Of a DNA stretch of 64,000 bases, positions 9,202 through 20,268 are shown one piece after another. Position numbers and translations under genes: made by a program. Positions within the stretch are counted from its first letter, which is position 1, and each line of letters opens with the position of its first letter. The stretch is from Planctomycetota bacterium. GTDB taxonomy: Bacteria > Planctomycetota > UBA11346. The DNA lies in contig JBBRLJ010000024.1 of NCBI GenBank assembly GCA_038231435.1, positions 26,546 to 90,545 on the forward strand, written 5' to 3'. The notes beneath the pieces were generated by a model that was not told the DNA's origin, made no database searches, and saw nothing but the letters and a program-made list of their open reading frames with translations.

Positions 9202-10299
9202 ATGGCCTGGCGCAACCGCGTCGAAGTCAGCTACGGGACCCTCAGGGCCAACATCGCGGCGATCATCGCCGCGGCGGGGGGGCGGCGCGTGATCGCGGTG
9301 GTGAAGGCCGACGCCTACGGCCTGGGGCTCGAGCGCTGTGCGCGCATCTACCTCGAATCCGGCGTCTCCGCTCTGGCGGTTGCGGCATTGAGCGAGGCCG
9401 ATCGCGTGCGCGCCGCGGTGCCGGATGCGCGCGTGATCCTGCTCGGTTCGCCCTTGCCGGAAGAGCGGCCGGCGGTGGTCGCGAGCGGCTACGACGTGTG
9501 TTGCTCGACGCTCGACGAGGTCCACGAGTTCGCGAACCTGGCCAGTCCGCGCGCCCCGCACCCGGTGCACATCATGGTCGACACCGGCATGGGCCGCTTC
9601 GGATCCGTGCCCGAGGACGCCGAGCGCTTGGTGCGGGTGGTGCTGCAGGCGCCGAGCCTACGACTCGCGGGGATCGCCACCCACTACCCGATGGCGCACC
9701 ACGAGCTCTTCTCGCTCAGCCAAGAGGACGCCTTCGCGGCGATGATCGCGCGCCTGCCCAAGCTGCCCGCCGACTGCTGGGTGCATTATGCGAACTCCGA
9801 AGGCCTGCTGCTACGCCCGCCGGGCGAGACCAACGCGGTACGCGTCGGCATCCTCATCAGCGGGGTGCTGCCAGACGGATGCCCGGATCCGGGCATCGCG
9901 CCGGCGGTGCGGTGGGTCTCGAGCCTGAGTCTCACCAAGCGGCTGCCGAAGGGCCACGGCATCAGCTACGACCACCACCGGCTGCTCGCGCGCGACAGCC
10001 TGGTCGGGATCGTGCCGGTGGGTTATGCCGACGGATATCCGATCGCGCTCTCCAACAAGGGCAGCATCCTGGTGCAGGGCCGGCGCTGCCCGATCCTCGG
10101 CCGGGTGACCATGGATTACCTGATCGTCGACCTCACCGATCTGCCGCATCCGCCCACTCCAGGCGAGCCGGTGGTGTTGTTCGGCGGCCAGGGGGCCGAG
10201 ACCATCACCGTGTCCGAGCTCGCCCGCCTCGCCGGCACCATCCCCTACGACATTCTGTGCGGGCTGCGTGGACGCTGCGAGGTGGTTGGCGTGCCGTGA
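9202..10299 (+). CDS. alr: Alanine racemase
   Basis: AVVKADAYG, VDTGMGRFG, GYADGY, GRVTMD, TIPYDILC. Confidence 0.96.
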   Translation: MAWRNRVEVSYGTLRANIAAIIAAAGGRRVIAVVKADAYGLGLERCARIYLESGVSALAVAALSEADRVRAAVPDARVILLGSPLPEERPAVVASGYDVCCSTLDEVHEFANLASPRAPHPVHIMVDTGMGRFGSVPEDAERLVRVVLQAPSLRLAGIATHYPMAHHELFSLSQEDAFAAMIARLPKLPADCWVHYANSEGLLLRPPGETNAVRVGILISGVLPDGCPDPGIAPAVRWVSSLSLTKRLPKGHGISYDHHRLLARDSLVGIVPVGYADGYPIALSNKGSILVQGRRCPILGRVTMDYLIVDLTDLPHPPTPGEPVVLFGGQGAETITVSELARLAGTIPYDILCGLRGRCEVVGVP

Positions 10300-10450
10300 T
10301 ACCGGGCTGGGTGACGGTTGTCCCCGACCTCGCGACGATGCCCGTGACGGCCCGATCCTGACCTTCCTAGGTACGTGTGGCACCAGGAGCTACGTTTAGG
10401 AGCGGGCTAGGCTGGCCGTGCCCGCCGATGCCGTTACAAAGTGACACTGC

Positions 10451-13033
10451 ATGCCAGGCCCCATGGAGAGTTCGATCCTCAGCGTCTCGCTGGTGGACCT
10501 GCCCGGCCTGATCCAGTCCATCGCCTCGCGACGTCGCTCGGGAGTGCTGACGGTACGCCACAAGGACAACAGCCAGGAGCGCCGCGTGCGCTTCGGCGGA
10601 GGCATGATCAACGCCGTGACCGGTGGTGATCCCGACGCCTTCGGCAAGGCGCTGGTATGGGCGGGGGTCCTGACCTTGCCGCAGTATCATGCGTCGCTCT
10701 TGCGCGTCGGTGACCACTGCCCGCCGGAGAAGCTGCTCAAGGCGCTGGTGAACGCGAAGGTGATCACTCCCGATGGCGTGCTCGATGCGCTCGATTGCTA
10801 CATCGAGGAGGAGTTCACCACCATCCTCGGCTGGCAGCAGCCGGAGCTGTCGTTCAACGAGGTCATCATCGCCGACGAGTGGGGCGTCGCCCAGGCCAAG
10901 ACCGGCTTGGCGGTGAATCCCGGATCGATGCTGCTCGAATCGCTACGCCGGCAGGACGAGCTCGGCACCATCGCCGAGCTGATCCCCGACCAGTGGGACG
11001 CGCTCTTCCGCGTGCCGTCGGTTGCCTCGCCCGACGATCTGCACGCCGACGCCAAGCATATCCTGAGCGATTGGACGGATGGGACGGCGGTCAACGCCAT
11101 CCTCGATCATCCGACACTTCCGCCATTCCGTTCGAAGCTCGCGCTCGGCATCCTCTTCCGCCACGGCCTGCTGCGCGTGGCGAACGTCAATGAGCTGGTG
11201 GTCGAGGCCGACGCCGCGTACGCGAACGGCTACCATCAGAACGCCTACGGCCTCTATCGCCGCACCCTCGGCTACGGGATGGACAACGCCCGCATCCACA
11301 TGCATCTCGCCGAACTCGCCGAGCGCTTCGGCGATAATGCGGCCGCGGCGACGTCGTTCATGGCCGCGGCGCAGCAGATGTCCGATCCAAACGCCACGGT
11401 GGTGGCGCTGCGCAACGCACTGCGCCTGGGCGCGGATAAAGAGGCGGTGCTGACGCAGATGGTGGCGCTGAACCTGCAGCTCGGCAGCGACGCCGATTCG
11501 GTCGCGAGCATGCTCATGCTCGCCGAGTTCTACGGCGAGAAGGGCAGCTACCAGCAGGCCATCCAATCGGTGCGCGAAGCCCAGGGAATCGGCGCCGATC
11601 GCGGTACCACTGCCCTGATGATCGCGCGCTTCTCGCGCTCCGACGGCGACACCGAGCAGGCGGCGCTCCAGCTCGAGCTGGCCGCGCGCGCCTTCCACGA
11701 GAACGACCGCACTGATCAGGCGATCAACGCCTGGCGCGAGCTGCTGAAGCTGCTGCCTGGACGCTGCGAATACGCCAAGGAATGCGCCGAGCTGCTGGTA
11801 TGGACTAGTCAGAAGGCCGAGGCGATCGCGGTATTGCGCGCTGCCATAGCGTCGCAGAAGGAGGCCGGAGAGGACATCCTGCTGCAGATCTACGAGTTGC
11901 TCAGCCAGCTCGATCCGGCCGATGTCGATGCCCATGACTGGCTTGCCTCGGCCTATGAGCGCCGGCGCGACCGCGACGGCGCCACCAAGCAGCTGCGGCT
12001 GTCGGCGCAGGCGCAGGAGAAGGCCAAGGATTTCGCAGAGCTGGCGCAGACCCTCGAGCGCATCGTCGAGCTCGGTGGCGAGAAGATCGAGAACTACGGC
12101 TGGCTGGCGCGCACCCGCGTCAAGCTGCGTCAGGAGTCGCTCGCCAGCGACGCCTACTGCAACGCCATCGACGCCGCCCTGGCGCTCGGCTTGCTCAAGG
12201 AAGCGCGTCCGATCATCGAGACCGCGCTCGAGAGCCTGCCGGCGAGCATGGGCTTGCGCGTGCGACTGGCGCAGGTCGCGAATCGCGAGGGCGACCGCAC
12301 CACCGCCATCAAGCAGTTCCTCGCCGCCGCGGAGCTCGCGCGCGGCGCCGGTGCCCTGGAAGTGGCTCGCGACATGCTCGTGCAGGCCTGCCGCCTGCGG
12401 CCAGACGATCTGTCTTCTCGCGTGCGCCTCGCCGAAGTCGCCGAGGAGCTCAAGGACCAGAACCTCGACGCCATCCTCTCAGAGGTGGTGAATGTCGCCG
12501 TGCGCTCGACCAACCACGGCATCGCCCTCGAGCACGCCCGCAAGCGCATCGTCGCCACCGCGGGTACCGCGTACGAGCCGCGCCTCGAGCTGCTCGAGCT
12601 GCTGCGCCTGTGCGGCGACACCACCGGCCAGCTGGCCACCGGCAAGCAGCTGCTGATGGAGCTGCTTGAGCAGGGGGAATTCGAGAAGGCGGTCGAGGTG
12701 CTCAGCCGCCTGGTCGCCAGCCATCCCAAGAACTCGGAGCTGGTCCTCCAGCTCGCCGAGGTCTACGCCGCGCTCGGCGACGAACGACAGGCCTTCCGTT
12801 TCTACAAGCACGTCATCCCGCTGCTGCAGCTCGACGACAAGGCGGTCGAAGCGCGCGCGGCGCTTGACCTGCTCGAGGGCATGTGCGACGAACACGAGCT
12901 GCCGGGCATCGCTCAGGCGCGTGATCGTCTGGACAAGGGCCAGGTCATCGACTGGGACAAGATCCGCCGCGACCTCGAGCTCGGTCAGCGGCGCAAAGCC
13001 GTGGGCCGGGTGGTACAGCCGGGGTTGGATTAG
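10451..13033 (+). CDS. DUF4388 (PatA-N-like) domain plus extended TPR protein
   Basis: LPGLIQSIASRRRSGVLTV...LLESLRRQDE, then many TPR-like helical repeats. Confidence 0.75.
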   Translation: MPGPMESSILSVSLVDLPGLIQSIASRRRSGVLTVRHKDNSQERRVRFGGGMINAVTGGDPDAFGKALVWAGVLTLPQYHASLLRVGDHCPPEKLLKALVNAKVITPDGVLDALDCYIEEEFTTILGWQQPELSFNEVIIADEWGVAQAKTGLAVNPGSMLLESLRRQDELGTIAELIPDQWDALFRVPSVASPDDLHADAKHILSDWTDGTAVNAILDHPTLPPFRSKLALGILFRHGLLRVANVNELVVEADAAYANGYHQNAYGLYRRTLGYGMDNARIHMHLAELAERFGDNAAAATSFMAAAQQMSDPNATVVALRNALRLGADKEAVLTQMVALNLQLGSDADSVASMLMLAEFYGEKGSYQQAIQSVREAQGIGADRGTTALMIARFSRSDGDTEQAALQLELAARAFHENDRTDQAINAWRELLKLLPGRCEYAKECAELLVWTSQKAEAIAVLRAAIASQKEAGEDILLQIYELLSQLDPADVDAHDWLASAYERRRDRDGATKQLRLSAQAQEKAKDFAELAQTLERIVELGGEKIENYGWLARTRVKLRQESLASDAYCNAIDAALALGLLKEARPIIETALESLPASMGLRVRLAQVANREGDRTTAIKQFLAAAELARGAGALEVARDMLVQACRLRPDDLSSRVRLAEVAEELKDQNLDAILSEVVNVAVRSTNHGIALEHARKRIVATAGTAYEPRLELLELLRLCGDTTGQLATGKQLLMELLEQGEFEKAVEVLSRLVASHPKNSELVLQLAEVYAALGDERQAFRFYKHVIPLLQLDDKAVEARAALDLLEGMCDEHELPGIAQARDRLDKGQVIDWDKIRRDLELGQRRKAVGRVVQPGLD

Positions 13034-13097
13034 GGAGTGTGTGGGGTGTGGTTGGGATGTGGACGTTCACCACGTGCTGTCCACCAAGCACCATACA

Positions 13098-14330
<1,233 letters not shown>

Positions 14331-14339
14331 GTTCCGATG

Positions 14340-14467
14340 CTACGGACGCGGCCACCAAAACGAGCGCGATTGCCCTATCGAACCAGTCACTAGCGGGCGA
14401 TGCTTGATCACGATCCCTCTTCGCCGGGCATCGACCACGGACCACCGACTACGGACGTTTCCCTCAC
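14340..14467 (-). CDS. Two chained mini-ORFs: 14467-14408 (19 aa) and 14411-14340 (23 aa)
   Basis: GTGA overlap with the sufD stop, GTGA overlap with each other; the second ends 9 nt before sufS. Confidence 0.3.
14433..14460 (+). repeat. Degenerate heptamer repeat, GACCACG family
   Basis: GACCACG GACCACC GACTACG GACGTTT. Confidence 0.65.
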
Positions 14468-15711
14468 CCCGCCAGCGAGCCGAGCACCTCGCGCCCGGCG
14501 AGTTCGCGCATGCCTGGTTGGCGCAGCAGCCCGCTGACCTCGGCGGCGAAGCCGCCGGTGAGCAGGGTGCGCGCCTGTTCGGCGCCGATGCCGCGCGCGC
14601 GCAGGTAGAACAGTTCGTCGGCGTCGAGCTGACCGACGGTGGCGCCGTGGCTCGCCTTGACGTCATCGGCGAGGATGTCGAGCTGCGGCCGGGTGTCGAC
14701 GCGCGCCTTCGCCGAGAGCAGCAGGTTGTTGTTCCGCTGCGCGGCCGAGGCCAGATCCGCGCCGTGGTCGATCGCGACCAGGCCATCGAAGCTCGCGATC
14801 GCCGAGCCGTCGACGATGTTCTTGAACAGCTGCGTGCTGGTGTTCTGGCCGGAGCGATGCGCGAGGCGCACCACGTCGTGGGCCTGGCGCTGGCCATCGA
14901 GGACGCTCAGCGAGCGCAGCTCGAGAGCGCAGCCGACGCCGCCGAGTTCGGCGCGCACCCGCGTGCGTGCCAGCTCGGCGCCGGCGCGCGCGCTTGTCCA
15001 AGATACCTGGGCATCGCGCGCGAGATCGAGCCGGTTCGCCGGGAACAGCTGCGCGGCAGCGGCCGCGGGTCCGTACTGCAGCTCGTCAACGCGTAGCGAC
15101 GAACCCTGTCCGGCCTCGACCTCGATGCCCAGGCACGAGCGCGAGCGGCCGAGCGCGACCTGCGACACCGCCAGATCCAGCGCGGCGCCGGGTGAGAGCT
15201 CGATGACGATCCGGCCCGCGCTGGCGCCGCCGGTGGCGAACGACAGCACGTGCACCGGCGCGGTAGCGAGCCCGCGCACGCGCAGTCGGGCGCCGCCGAC
15301 GCAATCGGCGAACGACCAGCAGATGGCGAGGTCGTCGGTCGCGTCCAGCTCGGCGCGCCAGCGCGCCACCAGGAGCCGGCCATCGCTCTCGGACAGCTGG
15401 AGGAGGTCGTCGACGGCGATCTGCGCCGGGATCGAGGCGAGGTTCGAGAGATCGGCGCGGTAAGCGCCGTCGACGAACACGATACAGGCGGGCAGACCGC
15501 GCACGCGGTGCGTATCTATCTCGCTCACGGTCACGGCACGCCGTGAGGTGGCGATCGGCTGCTTGAGCGGCGCCAGCTGCACATAGCGCCAATCCTCGAG
15601 CGCGGTGGTCGGCGGCCCGAGCACCGCGGCGCGCGCCGTGGCCGCGGCGCGCAGCTCGGCGAAGGCGGTGCCCCAGGCAGCTGGAGCGCTGGGCCCTCCT
15701 TGGCTGGACAT
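14464..15711 (-). CDS. sufD: Fe-S assembly protein SufD
   Basis: EDWRY, NNNLLLS, TRPQLDILADDVKASHGATVGQLD, LFYLRARGI. Confidence 0.93.
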   Translation of the reverse strand: MSSQGGPSAPAAWGTAFAELRAAATARAAVLGPPTTALEDWRYVQLAPLKQPIATSRRAVTVSEIDTHRVRGLPACIVFVDGAYRADLSNLASIPAQIAVDDLLQLSESDGRLLVARWRAELDATDDLAICWSFADCVGGARLRVRGLATAPVHVLSFATGGASAGRIVIELSPGAALDLAVSQVALGRSRSCLGIEVEAGQGSSLRVDELQYGPAAAAAQLFPANRLDLARDAQVSWTSARAGAELARTRVRAELGGVGCALELRSLSVLDGQRQAHDVVRLAHRSGQNTSTQLFKNIVDGSAIASFDGLVAIDHGADLASAAQRNNNLLLSAKARVDTRPQLDILADDVKASHGATVGQLDADELFYLRARGIGAEQARTLLTGGFAAEVSGLLRQPGMRELAGREVLGSLAG

Positions 15712-15794
15712 CAGGCGTCCGCTCCGCGGCCACTCATGGCGCGTTGCGCGGAGAGGGCGCGATGCTCGGGGATGACGCGACGCTCGGCGGACAT
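15711..15794 (-). CDS. Bridging mini-ORF, 27 aa (MSAERRVIPEHRALSAQRAMSGRGADA)
   Basis: ATG 1 nt after the sufC stop; TGATG overlap with the sufD start. Confidence 0.4.
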   Translation of the reverse strand: MSAERRVIPEHRALSAQRAMSGRGADA

Positions 15795-15795
15795 C

Positions 15796-16539
15796 TCAGG
15801 TGCGATCCAGCCAGTCGTAGCCCTTGGCCTCGAGTTCGATCGCGAGCTCCTTACCGCCACTCGTGACGATGGTTCCGCCAGCGAGCACGTGCACGCGGTC
15901 CGGAACCACCAGCTCGAGCAGGCGCTGGTAATGCGTGATCAGCACGATGCCGCGATCGGAACGGCGGTAGGCCTCGATGCCGCGCGCGACCACGCGCAGC
16001 GCGTCGATGTCGAGCCCGCTGTCGGTCTCGTCCAGGATCGCGAGCGTCGGCTCGAGCACCACCATCTGCAGGATCTCATTGCGCTTCTTCTGCCCGCCCG
16101 AGAAGCCTGCGTTCAGTTGGCGGTCACGCAGCACCTCGTCGAGCTCGACATCTTCCATGCGCTTGTGCAGGATCGGCGCGAAGGCCTTGGCATCGAGCTC
16201 GGGTTGGCCGGTGGCCTTGCGCTTGGCGTTCAGGGCCATGCGCAGGAAGTCGGCGTTGTTCACGCCCGGGACCTCGACCGGATACTGGAAGCCGATGAAG
16301 ATCCCCGAAGTGGCGCGGACCTCGGGCGCGACGCCGGCGAGATCCCTGCCCTGGAAGGTGATCGAGCCCGAGGTGACCTCGTACGCCGGATGCCCGGCGA
16401 TGACCTTGCTCAGCGTGCTCTTGCCGGAACCGTTCGGGCCCATGATCGCATGCACCTCGCCGGCCTTCACGGTCAACGACAGCTCCTTGAGGATCGGCTG
16501 GCCGTTCACACCGGCGCACAGCCTGTCGATCACCAGCAT
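15796..16539 (-). CDS. sufC: Fe-S assembly ATPase SufC
   Basis: GPNGSGKS, FQYPVEVPGV, FSGGQKKRNEILQ, LDETDSGLDIDAL, ITHYQRLL. Confidence 0.97.
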   Translation of the reverse strand: MLVIDRLCAGVNGQPILKELSLTVKAGEVHAIMGPNGSGKSTLSKVIAGHPAYEVTSGSITFQGRDLAGVAPEVRATSGIFIGFQYPVEVPGVNNADFLRMALNAKRKATGQPELDAKAFAPILHKRMEDVELDEVLRDRQLNAGFSGGQKKRNEILQMVVLEPTLAILDETDSGLDIDALRVVARGIEAYRRSDRGIVLITHYQRLLELVVPDRVHVLAGGTIVTSGGKELAIELEAKGYDWLDRT

Positions 16540-16569
16540 GAAAGTTCCCCGGATGCGGAGTCGCCGCGG

Positions 16570-18033
16570 TCAGCCAACCGAATTCTCCAGCTTGAGGGTC
16601 AGCAGCTTCTGCGCCTCGGCGGCGAACTCCAGGGGCAGCACCGCGAGCACGTCCTTGCAGAAGCCCGAGACGATCGCGCCGACCGCCTCCTCGTGCCCGA
16701 TGCCGCGCGAACGGAAATAGAAGAGCTGATCCTCGCTGATCTTCGAGGTGGTGGCCTCGTGCTCGATCTGGGCGCCGGGGTTGTTGACGTCGATGTAGGG
16801 ATAGGTGTGGGCGGTGCAGTCCTTACCGACCAGCATGCTGTCGCACTGGGTGAAGTTGCGCGCGCCCTCGGCCTTTGGATGCACCTTCACCAGGCCACGG
16901 TAGACGTTCGAGGAATGGTCGGCGGCGATGCCCTTCGAGATGATCGTCGAGCGGGTGTTCTTGCCGAGATGGATCATTTTGGTGCCGGTGTCGGCTTGCA
17001 TGCGGCCGTTGGTCAGCGCCACCGAGTAGAACTCGCCCACCGAATCGTCGCCCTGCAGGATGCAGCTCGGATACTTCCAGGTGATGGCCGAGCCGGTCTC
17101 GACCTGGGTCCAGCTGATCTTGGATCGCTTGCCGCGGCAGGCGCCGCGCTTGGTGACGAAGTTGTAGACCCCGCCCTCGCCGGTGAGCGGGTCGCCCGCG
17201 TACCAGTTCTGCACGGTGGAATACTTGATCTCGGCGTCGTCGAGCGTGACCAGCTCGACCACCGCCGCGTGCAGCTGGTGCTTCGAGGACTTGGGCGCGG
17301 TGCAGCCCTCGAGGTAGCTGACATGGGCGCCGACGTCGGCGATGATCAAGGTGCGCTCGAACTGGCCGGCGTCGAGGTTGTTGATGCGGAAGTAGGTCGA
17401 CAGCTCGAGCGGGCAGCGCGTGAACGGAGGGATGTAGACGAACGAGCCGTCGGAGAACACCGCGCTGTTGAGCGCGGCGAAGTAGTTGTCGGCCGACGGC
17501 ACCACGGATCCCAGCCAGCGCTCGACCAGCCGCGGGAACTGGTGCACCGCCTCGTTGAAGCTGCAGAAGATCACCCCGGCATCGAACAGCTTGGCCTGGT
17601 GGGTGGTGGCGATGGACATGGAATCGAAGACCGCATCGACCGCGACGCCGCTCAGGCGTTTCTGCTCGTCGAGCGGGATGCCGAGCTTGGCGAAGGTGGC
17701 GATGATCTCGGGGTCCACCTCGTCGAGCGAGTTGTAGGTTGGTTTATCCGGCTTCTCGTTCTTGGCCTTGGGCGCCGAGAAGTACTGGATCGACTGGTAG
17801 TCGATCGGCGGGTAGTCGATGTGCGCCCAGTCGGGCTCCTCCATCTTGGAGAACACCTCGAAGGCCTTCAGCCGGAACTTGAGCAGGAATTCGGGTTCGT
17901 GGCGCGCCGCCGAGATCGCCCGCACCACCTCGGCGTTCAGGCCGCGCCCGAACGCCACCGCCTCGACGGCGGTGGAGAAGCCGTACTTGTAGGCTTGGTC
18001 GTCGGCCGAGAAGCCCGCTGGTTCGTCGCTCAT
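16570..18033 (-). CDS. sufB: Fe-S assembly protein SufB
   Basis: [45 protein letters not shown]. Confidence 0.98.
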   Translation of the reverse strand: MSDEPAGFSADDQAYKYGFSTAVEAVAFGRGLNAEVVRAISAARHEPEFLLKFRLKAFEVFSKMEEPDWAHIDYPPIDYQSIQYFSAPKAKNEKPDKPTYNSLDEVDPEIIATFAKLGIPLDEQKRLSGVAVDAVFDSMSIATTHQAKLFDAGVIFCSFNEAVHQFPRLVERWLGSVVPSADNYFAALNSAVFSDGSFVYIPPFTRCPLELSTYFRINNLDAGQFERTLIIADVGAHVSYLEGCTAPKSSKHQLHAAVVELVTLDDAEIKYSTVQNWYAGDPLTGEGGVYNFVTKRGACRGKRSKISWTQVETGSAITWKYPSCILQGDDSVGEFYSVALTNGRMQADTGTKMIHLGKNTRSTIISKGIAADHSSNVYRGLVKVHPKAEGARNFTQCDSMLVGKDCTAHTYPYIDVNNPGAQIEHEATTSKISEDQLFYFRSRGIGHEEAVGAIVSGFCKDVLAVLPLEFAAEAQKLLTLKLENSVG

Positions 18034-18818
18034 GGCGCATCCTTCGGCGGCTTCAACGTGGCATCCACGGTCAGGAGCGGGTGGATCCCGCCGCGCAGGG
18101 CATCCTCGAGGAACCGGGCCAACGTCGGCACCTGGTCCGCCGCCACCGCGCTGAACTCGATCACCACCCGGAAATCGTCGTGGAGACCGGTGATGGAATA
18201 GCTCGGAACCCCGGGCGGGGGCGATCCTCCGGCGGAGGCGGTCATTCCGGGCATGCGCTGGCGGAGGGTGGGCTCCGCCAGCGCATCCACTCTAGCGATC
18301 TTCTTCAGCAAGGAGAGCGGCAACCAGGCTTCATCCACCGCCGTCCAATCCTGCTTGCGCTTGCGCTGGTAGACCGGCGTTTCCGCGGGTTTGGTCAGGA
18401 GCGTGACCCGTGGTAACTCCGCCTCAGCGAGTATCTGGACCTCGCCGATGAATTCGGCTGCCGCCAGCGCGTCCTCGGCCAAGGCCGGGGTGGCCGGATC
18501 GTCGCGCAGTAGCGCCTCGATCTGCTCCACAGTCAGTCGGCAGGCATCGGATACGGTGCGTCCGCGCACCGATTCGGTGAAGACGTCGGCAAGGGCGTGG
18601 CTGGCGAGCGAGCCGAAGGCCAGGAAGCGCGAATCCTCGATGACCCGGGTGGCCAGGTCGACCAGCCAGTAGATCCGGCACTGGCCAGCGCCATCGGCCA
18701 CCGACAGCAGCCCGAGCTGCCGGCGGGCGGCGTCGATGGGCATGAAGGAGCCGCGCGTCCGCGGTTTGCGCAGGCGGGCCTCGGCTTTCGCCGACATTCC
18801 GATGACGCCGCTGGCCAT
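18030..18818 (-). CDS. NifU-like (IscU plus Nfu-like domain) protein, Cys ligands degenerate
   Basis: IYWLVD...[29 protein letters not shown]-terminal IHPLLTV, recalling chlamydial NifU; ATGA-coupled to sufB. Confidence 0.7.
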   Translation of the reverse strand: MASGVIGMSAKAEARLRKPRTRGSFMPIDAARRQLGLLSVADGAGQCRIYWLVDLATRVIEDSRFLAFGSLASHALADVFTESVRGRTVSDACRLTVEQIEALLRDDPATPALAEDALAAAEFIGEVQILAEAELPRVTLLTKPAETPVYQRKRKQDWTAVDEAWLPLSLLKKIARVDALAEPTLRQRMPGMTASAGGSPPPGVPSYSITGLHDDFRVVIEFSAVAADQVPTLARFLEDALRGGIHPLLTVDATLKPPKDAP

Positions 18819-18824
18819 GCTGGC

Positions 18825-18852
18825 ACCGTAGACCGGCGATAGGGGGCTGCAA
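18825..18852 (-). promoter_or_regulatory. Putative promoter of the suf operon (leaderless)
   Basis: TTGCAG-16 nt-TACGGT, then 6 nt to ATG 18818. Confidence 0.5.
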
Positions 18853-18979
18853 TCGGCGCTGCCTTCAGCACCGACGTCGGCACACGGCGTGGCAGCTGCC
18901 CGGCGGCGAACTTGTGGGCGCGCCGCCGTCGTCCAGGATCCCATTGGCACTGCGAGGCACTGCGAGGCATGAGGACGGC

Positions 18980-19987
18980 ATGAAGAACCTGGTCACCGGC
19001 GCCGCTGGCTTCATCGGCTTCCACGTCTGCCAGCGCCTGCTCGCCCGCGGCGACGAGGTGGTAGGCATCGACAACGTAAACGCCTATTACGATCCGGGGC
19101 TGAAGCAGGCCCGTCTGGCCCAGCTCGATGGCAAGCCCGGCTTCCGCTTCCAGCGCCTGGACCTCGCCGATCGCGAAGGCATGGACGCGCTGTTCAAGAA
19201 CGGGGACTTCAAGCGCGTGGTGCATCTCGGGGCCCAGGCCGGCGTGCGCTACAGCATCGAGAATCCCCGCGCCTACGTCGACAGCAACCTGGTCGGATTC
19301 GTCAACGTGCTCGAGCCGTGCCGCCACCACCGCATCGAGCATCTGGTCTACGCGAGCTCGAGCTCGGTGTATGGGCTCAACAGCGCGATGCCGTTCAGCG
19401 TCGAGCACAACGTCGATCACCCCGTCAGCCTGTACGCGGCGACCAAGAAGGCCAACGAGCTGATGGCCCACACCTACAGCCATCTCTACCGGCTACCCAC
19501 CACCGGCCTGCGTTTCTTCACGGTCTACGGCCCGTGGGGGCGTCCGGACATGGCCTATTGGTCGTTCACCGAGGCGATCCTCGCTGGCAAGCCCATCGAC
19601 GTCTTCAACCACGGCAAGATGCGCCGCGATTTCACCTACATCGACGACATCGTCGAGGGCGTGGTGCGGGTGCTCGATCGCGTGCCGGTGCCCGATCCGG
19701 CCTGGAACGCCGCCGCGCCTTCTGCGGCGTCGAGCCCGGCCCCGTACCGGGTCTACAACATCGGCAACAACCAGCCGATCGAGCTCAACCGCTTCATCGC
19801 CGCCATCGAGAAGGCCGTCGGGAAGCAAGCCGAGCAGCGCTTCCTGCCCATGCAGCCAGGCGACGTGGTGGCCACCGCCGCCGACGTCAGCGACCTCGCA
19901 GAGGCGGTAGGGTTCTCGCCCGACACGCCGATCGAGACCGGGATCGAGCGCTTCGTGGCCTGGTACCGCTCCTACCGCGCTTCCTGA
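18980..19987 (+). CDS. UDP-glucuronate 4-epimerase-type NAD-dependent epimerase
   Basis: TGAAGFIG, AQAGVRYSIENP, YAATKKANE, YGPWGRPDMA, MQPGDV. Confidence 0.93.
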   Translation: MKNLVTGAAGFIGFHVCQRLLARGDEVVGIDNVNAYYDPGLKQARLAQLDGKPGFRFQRLDLADREGMDALFKNGDFKRVVHLGAQAGVRYSIENPRAYVDSNLVGFVNVLEPCRHHRIEHLVYASSSSVYGLNSAMPFSVEHNVDHPVSLYAATKKANELMAHTYSHLYRLPTTGLRFFTVYGPWGRPDMAYWSFTEAILAGKPIDVFNHGKMRRDFTYIDDIVEGVVRVLDRVPVPDPAWNAAAPSAASSPAPYRVYNIGNNQPIELNRFIAAIEKAVGKQAEQRFLPMQPGDVVATAADVSDLAEAVGFSPDTPIETGIERFVAWYRSYRAS

Positions 19988-20214
19988 AGAGACTCCCGCG
20001 CGATCCGCACGACGCCTAGGCATCTGCGAGGGTCTCGCGAAGGCCCCGGTGCGATTGCCGCAGGCTCCATGAGATACGGGACTTGCGTCTAAAATGACAG
20101 GTCCAGACTAGATCCGTTTACCCGCACTCCTCCGGTTCACGGATGATTCGGCGTATCCCGCCCAGGCACCGTCCCAGGTGTCGCGCGCGGAGCGTGCCCC
20201 TACCCTATGTGCGA

Positions 20215-20268
20215 ATGGCACAGGACCCATCCAGCATGACCCCCAGCAACGAGCGATCGATCAGATGA
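20215..20268 (+). CDS. Leader mini-ORF, 17 aa (MAQDPSSMTPSNERSIR)
   Basis: ATG 8 nt after TACCCT; ATGA overlap with the legB start. Confidence 0.3.
   Translation: MAQDPSSMTPSNERSIR

Noticed and set aside
10296..10361. Mini-ORF overlapping the alr stop
   Set aside because: Ends about 90 nt before the next gene, so it is not a complete bridge.
15700..18201. Long shadow ORFs (833 aa here; also 6432-8531, 7555-9570, 23660-25564)
   Set aside because: Antisense or alternate frames of well-supported genes, typical of high-GC DNA; no motifs.
19903..19912. GGCGGTAG ops/JUMPStart-like motif
   Set aside because: Lies inside the epimerase CDS, lacks the rest of the consensus, and is a single short match.
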